Source: Macrostomum lignano (taxonomy: Eukaryota). Taken from it: DNA of 64,000 nucleotides. Below the pieces are notes generated by a model, which saw only the letters and a list, made by a program, of their open reading frames with translations, ran no database searches and was not told the DNA's origin. The stretch is taken from the NCBI GenBank assembly GCA_002269645.1, contig NIVC01002305.1, positions 62,001 to 126,000 on the forward strand, read 5' to 3'. The first letter of the stretch is position 1. Each line of letters starts with the position of its first letter. Positions 62,050 to 64,000 of the stretch are shown piece by piece. The position numbers were made by a program, and so were the translations under genes.

Positions 62050-62685
62050 AGGGTCCATGTACCATAGCCATAGCCATAAGCAAAACTATGGCTTACTCCA
62101 ATTCTCTGTATTCCATAGCCATAGGAACCATAAAATTGCTATATTCCTGTAGTTCCCATAGCCATAGCTGTAGTTTTAACAAAAAGTCTAAAAACAAAAT
62201 ATTTTGAATCAAGAAGATAACCTAGTGCTTAAACAACTGCAAATTAAATTAGAAAATAAAACAAACACTTAATATAATTGTCTTTGTAAGATTATATTTC
62301 GTCTTTTTTAGAGCAACAATACTTAATCATTATTGAAAGTACTAATGCTAAAGTTTTTCACATTAATAAAAATTAGAGTTTGCTAGTGTTTTATTTTACT
62401 TTTTTAGGTATATTTTATAAGTTTTTAAGTTGATATTTAGGTTGATAATACAGTTTACTAAAAGTATCTTTGTTTTACTCTACCTGTTTCTAATATTTTT
62501 TCAATTTTTAACATTAATAACTATGGTTATGGGAATCTATGGAATGTGACAGCAACTACCATATTTCCGTAGTTGTAGCCATAAGAGCAGCTAGCTACCA
62601 TAGGCGTATCTGTAGCTGCTGTAGGCACCTATTTTACCATATTTGCTCTAGGATTCCGTAGCCCTAGTTACGGCTATGGCCTGGC
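62050..62685. repeat. Second copy of the CCATAG-rich dispersed repeat (see 911-1480)
   Basis: Collinear similarity to 911-1480; inward-facing ccatagccatag / ctacggctatgg motifs at the ends. Confidence 0.75.
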
Positions 62686-64000
62686 CTAGTATGGCCTGAT
62701 AAGGATATCAAACCTTAACTTATAATATTTTTTTGCAATGATTAAGTATTGCTTTTTTGAATTTTGTTTATTTAACATACTAGAATTGCAATCTTTTGAA
62801 TTTATTATATTTTTTTCTAATCCAATTCCAATTGTATCTAGACTAGTGAATATCTTTGCTTTTCTCATAGTCAATATTTCATAAGGATTCTCTATAGGTT
62901 TATGGTTTATATGTCTGAATATACAGGGACAATTCAAAACAATCTGCACAGAAAGAAAACCATATAATTAGTTTGATTTCTCTTCATATATATATTAAAT
63001 TTTTCAATAAAAATTTTCAAAATTGCAGTGATAGGCACTAGTGCCACTAAATTTGAATTCTGCTAAAGTGCCACTGATGTCTTATTAGCGGCGCGCCTTA
63101 TTAGCACCGCTAATTCTGCTAAATTGAAATTCCAATTAGTATACATTATCAATGTGCTACAAATAGTTTTTTAAAAATTGATAATCGTGCAAAATTCAAT
63201 TTTTTGCTTTAAAACTAGATAGTTAATTACTGTTTAATACTTAAATTGAGACTCTACTTGAGTAATAAGTTTAAAATTATGTAAATATGATTCTATTTTT
63301 CTTAAAAATACAAAACAAAATTTGATTATCTTTTTTTCCTTTTTATTATCAACAATTAATATATAAGGGTTTCACTACAGATATTCAAACAGACATTCAA
63401 AACGATTGTCTGTAACTTTAAACAAAATTGACCCGCTTCAACCATCTTTTTGGCAAATATTTACGCAAGTGTTGGGTGTAGAATAAGCTTTCATTTATTA
63501 ACTGAAGTAAAAATCCTTCTGACATACATTGATTTAAAAATTGCTTAGCAACACTTTGATTAGACATTGCTTTACCGTTGACTGAAATTGTTTTGATTGT
63601 AGCAACCTAAAAACAGATACTCAATTAAAAAATGCTTCGATTTACTCTTTACGCATGTCTCAGCTTTAAAATGACACCTCAGGCATTGCAAAAGACAGCT
63701 TTGATGCTGAGATATTTGACACTAAACATTGCTTTGCACAAACTCACATTCAGAAATTTCACAGATTTTTTATCGATATTTGTGCAGCTGCTGTGTCCTT
63801 ATTATTCATCAGAATCTCGTCAATTCTAGTCATGTCCAGTTTAAACCTGGACTTCTCTTAAACTGTCTTTAGTATTTGATTTTTAAAGATTCCTGCCTTT
63901 ATCTTGCATAGATTATACCTAAGTCAGTGAGTCAGTGAGTGTATAGTTGTATAAATGGCAACCAATCATGACTTTTTCACCACTGCAGTTCAAATAAATA

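Overview
Intron-rich animal genomic DNA: GC-rich exons, AT-rich spacers and minisatellite-filled introns, a style reminiscent of Macrostomum-type flatworms (inference only). Four host genes were reconstructed by hand with GT-AG phase checks. (1) A solitary H3.3-like histone (13506-13916, +). (2) A 9-exon clueless/CLUH orthologue (20735-32235, +). (3) A 7-exon transmembrane lemur/AATK-type kinase with non-canonical catalytic residues (42352-35636, -). (4) Head-to-head with the kinase, a 3-exon gene fusing 14-15 ankyrin repeats to a Mab-21/cGAS-like nucleotidyltransferase with an intact G-S..DxD..D signature (44766-48713, +). The ANK-cGLR fusion is the strongest candidate for a little-described innate-immune sensor. 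The rest is mobile or repetitive DNA: a ~2.46-kb piggyBac with apparent ATAA target duplication and a duplicated end, an internally deleted CsRn1-clade Gypsy element, a mariner remnant, Helitron-like 3' ends, hAT-like MITEs, a frameshifted coiled-coil+BEN ORF and more than 12 distinct minisatellites. Several single-base frameshifts, including two in CLUH, suggest long-read consensus errors. Family calls come from motif recognition; no database searches were run.
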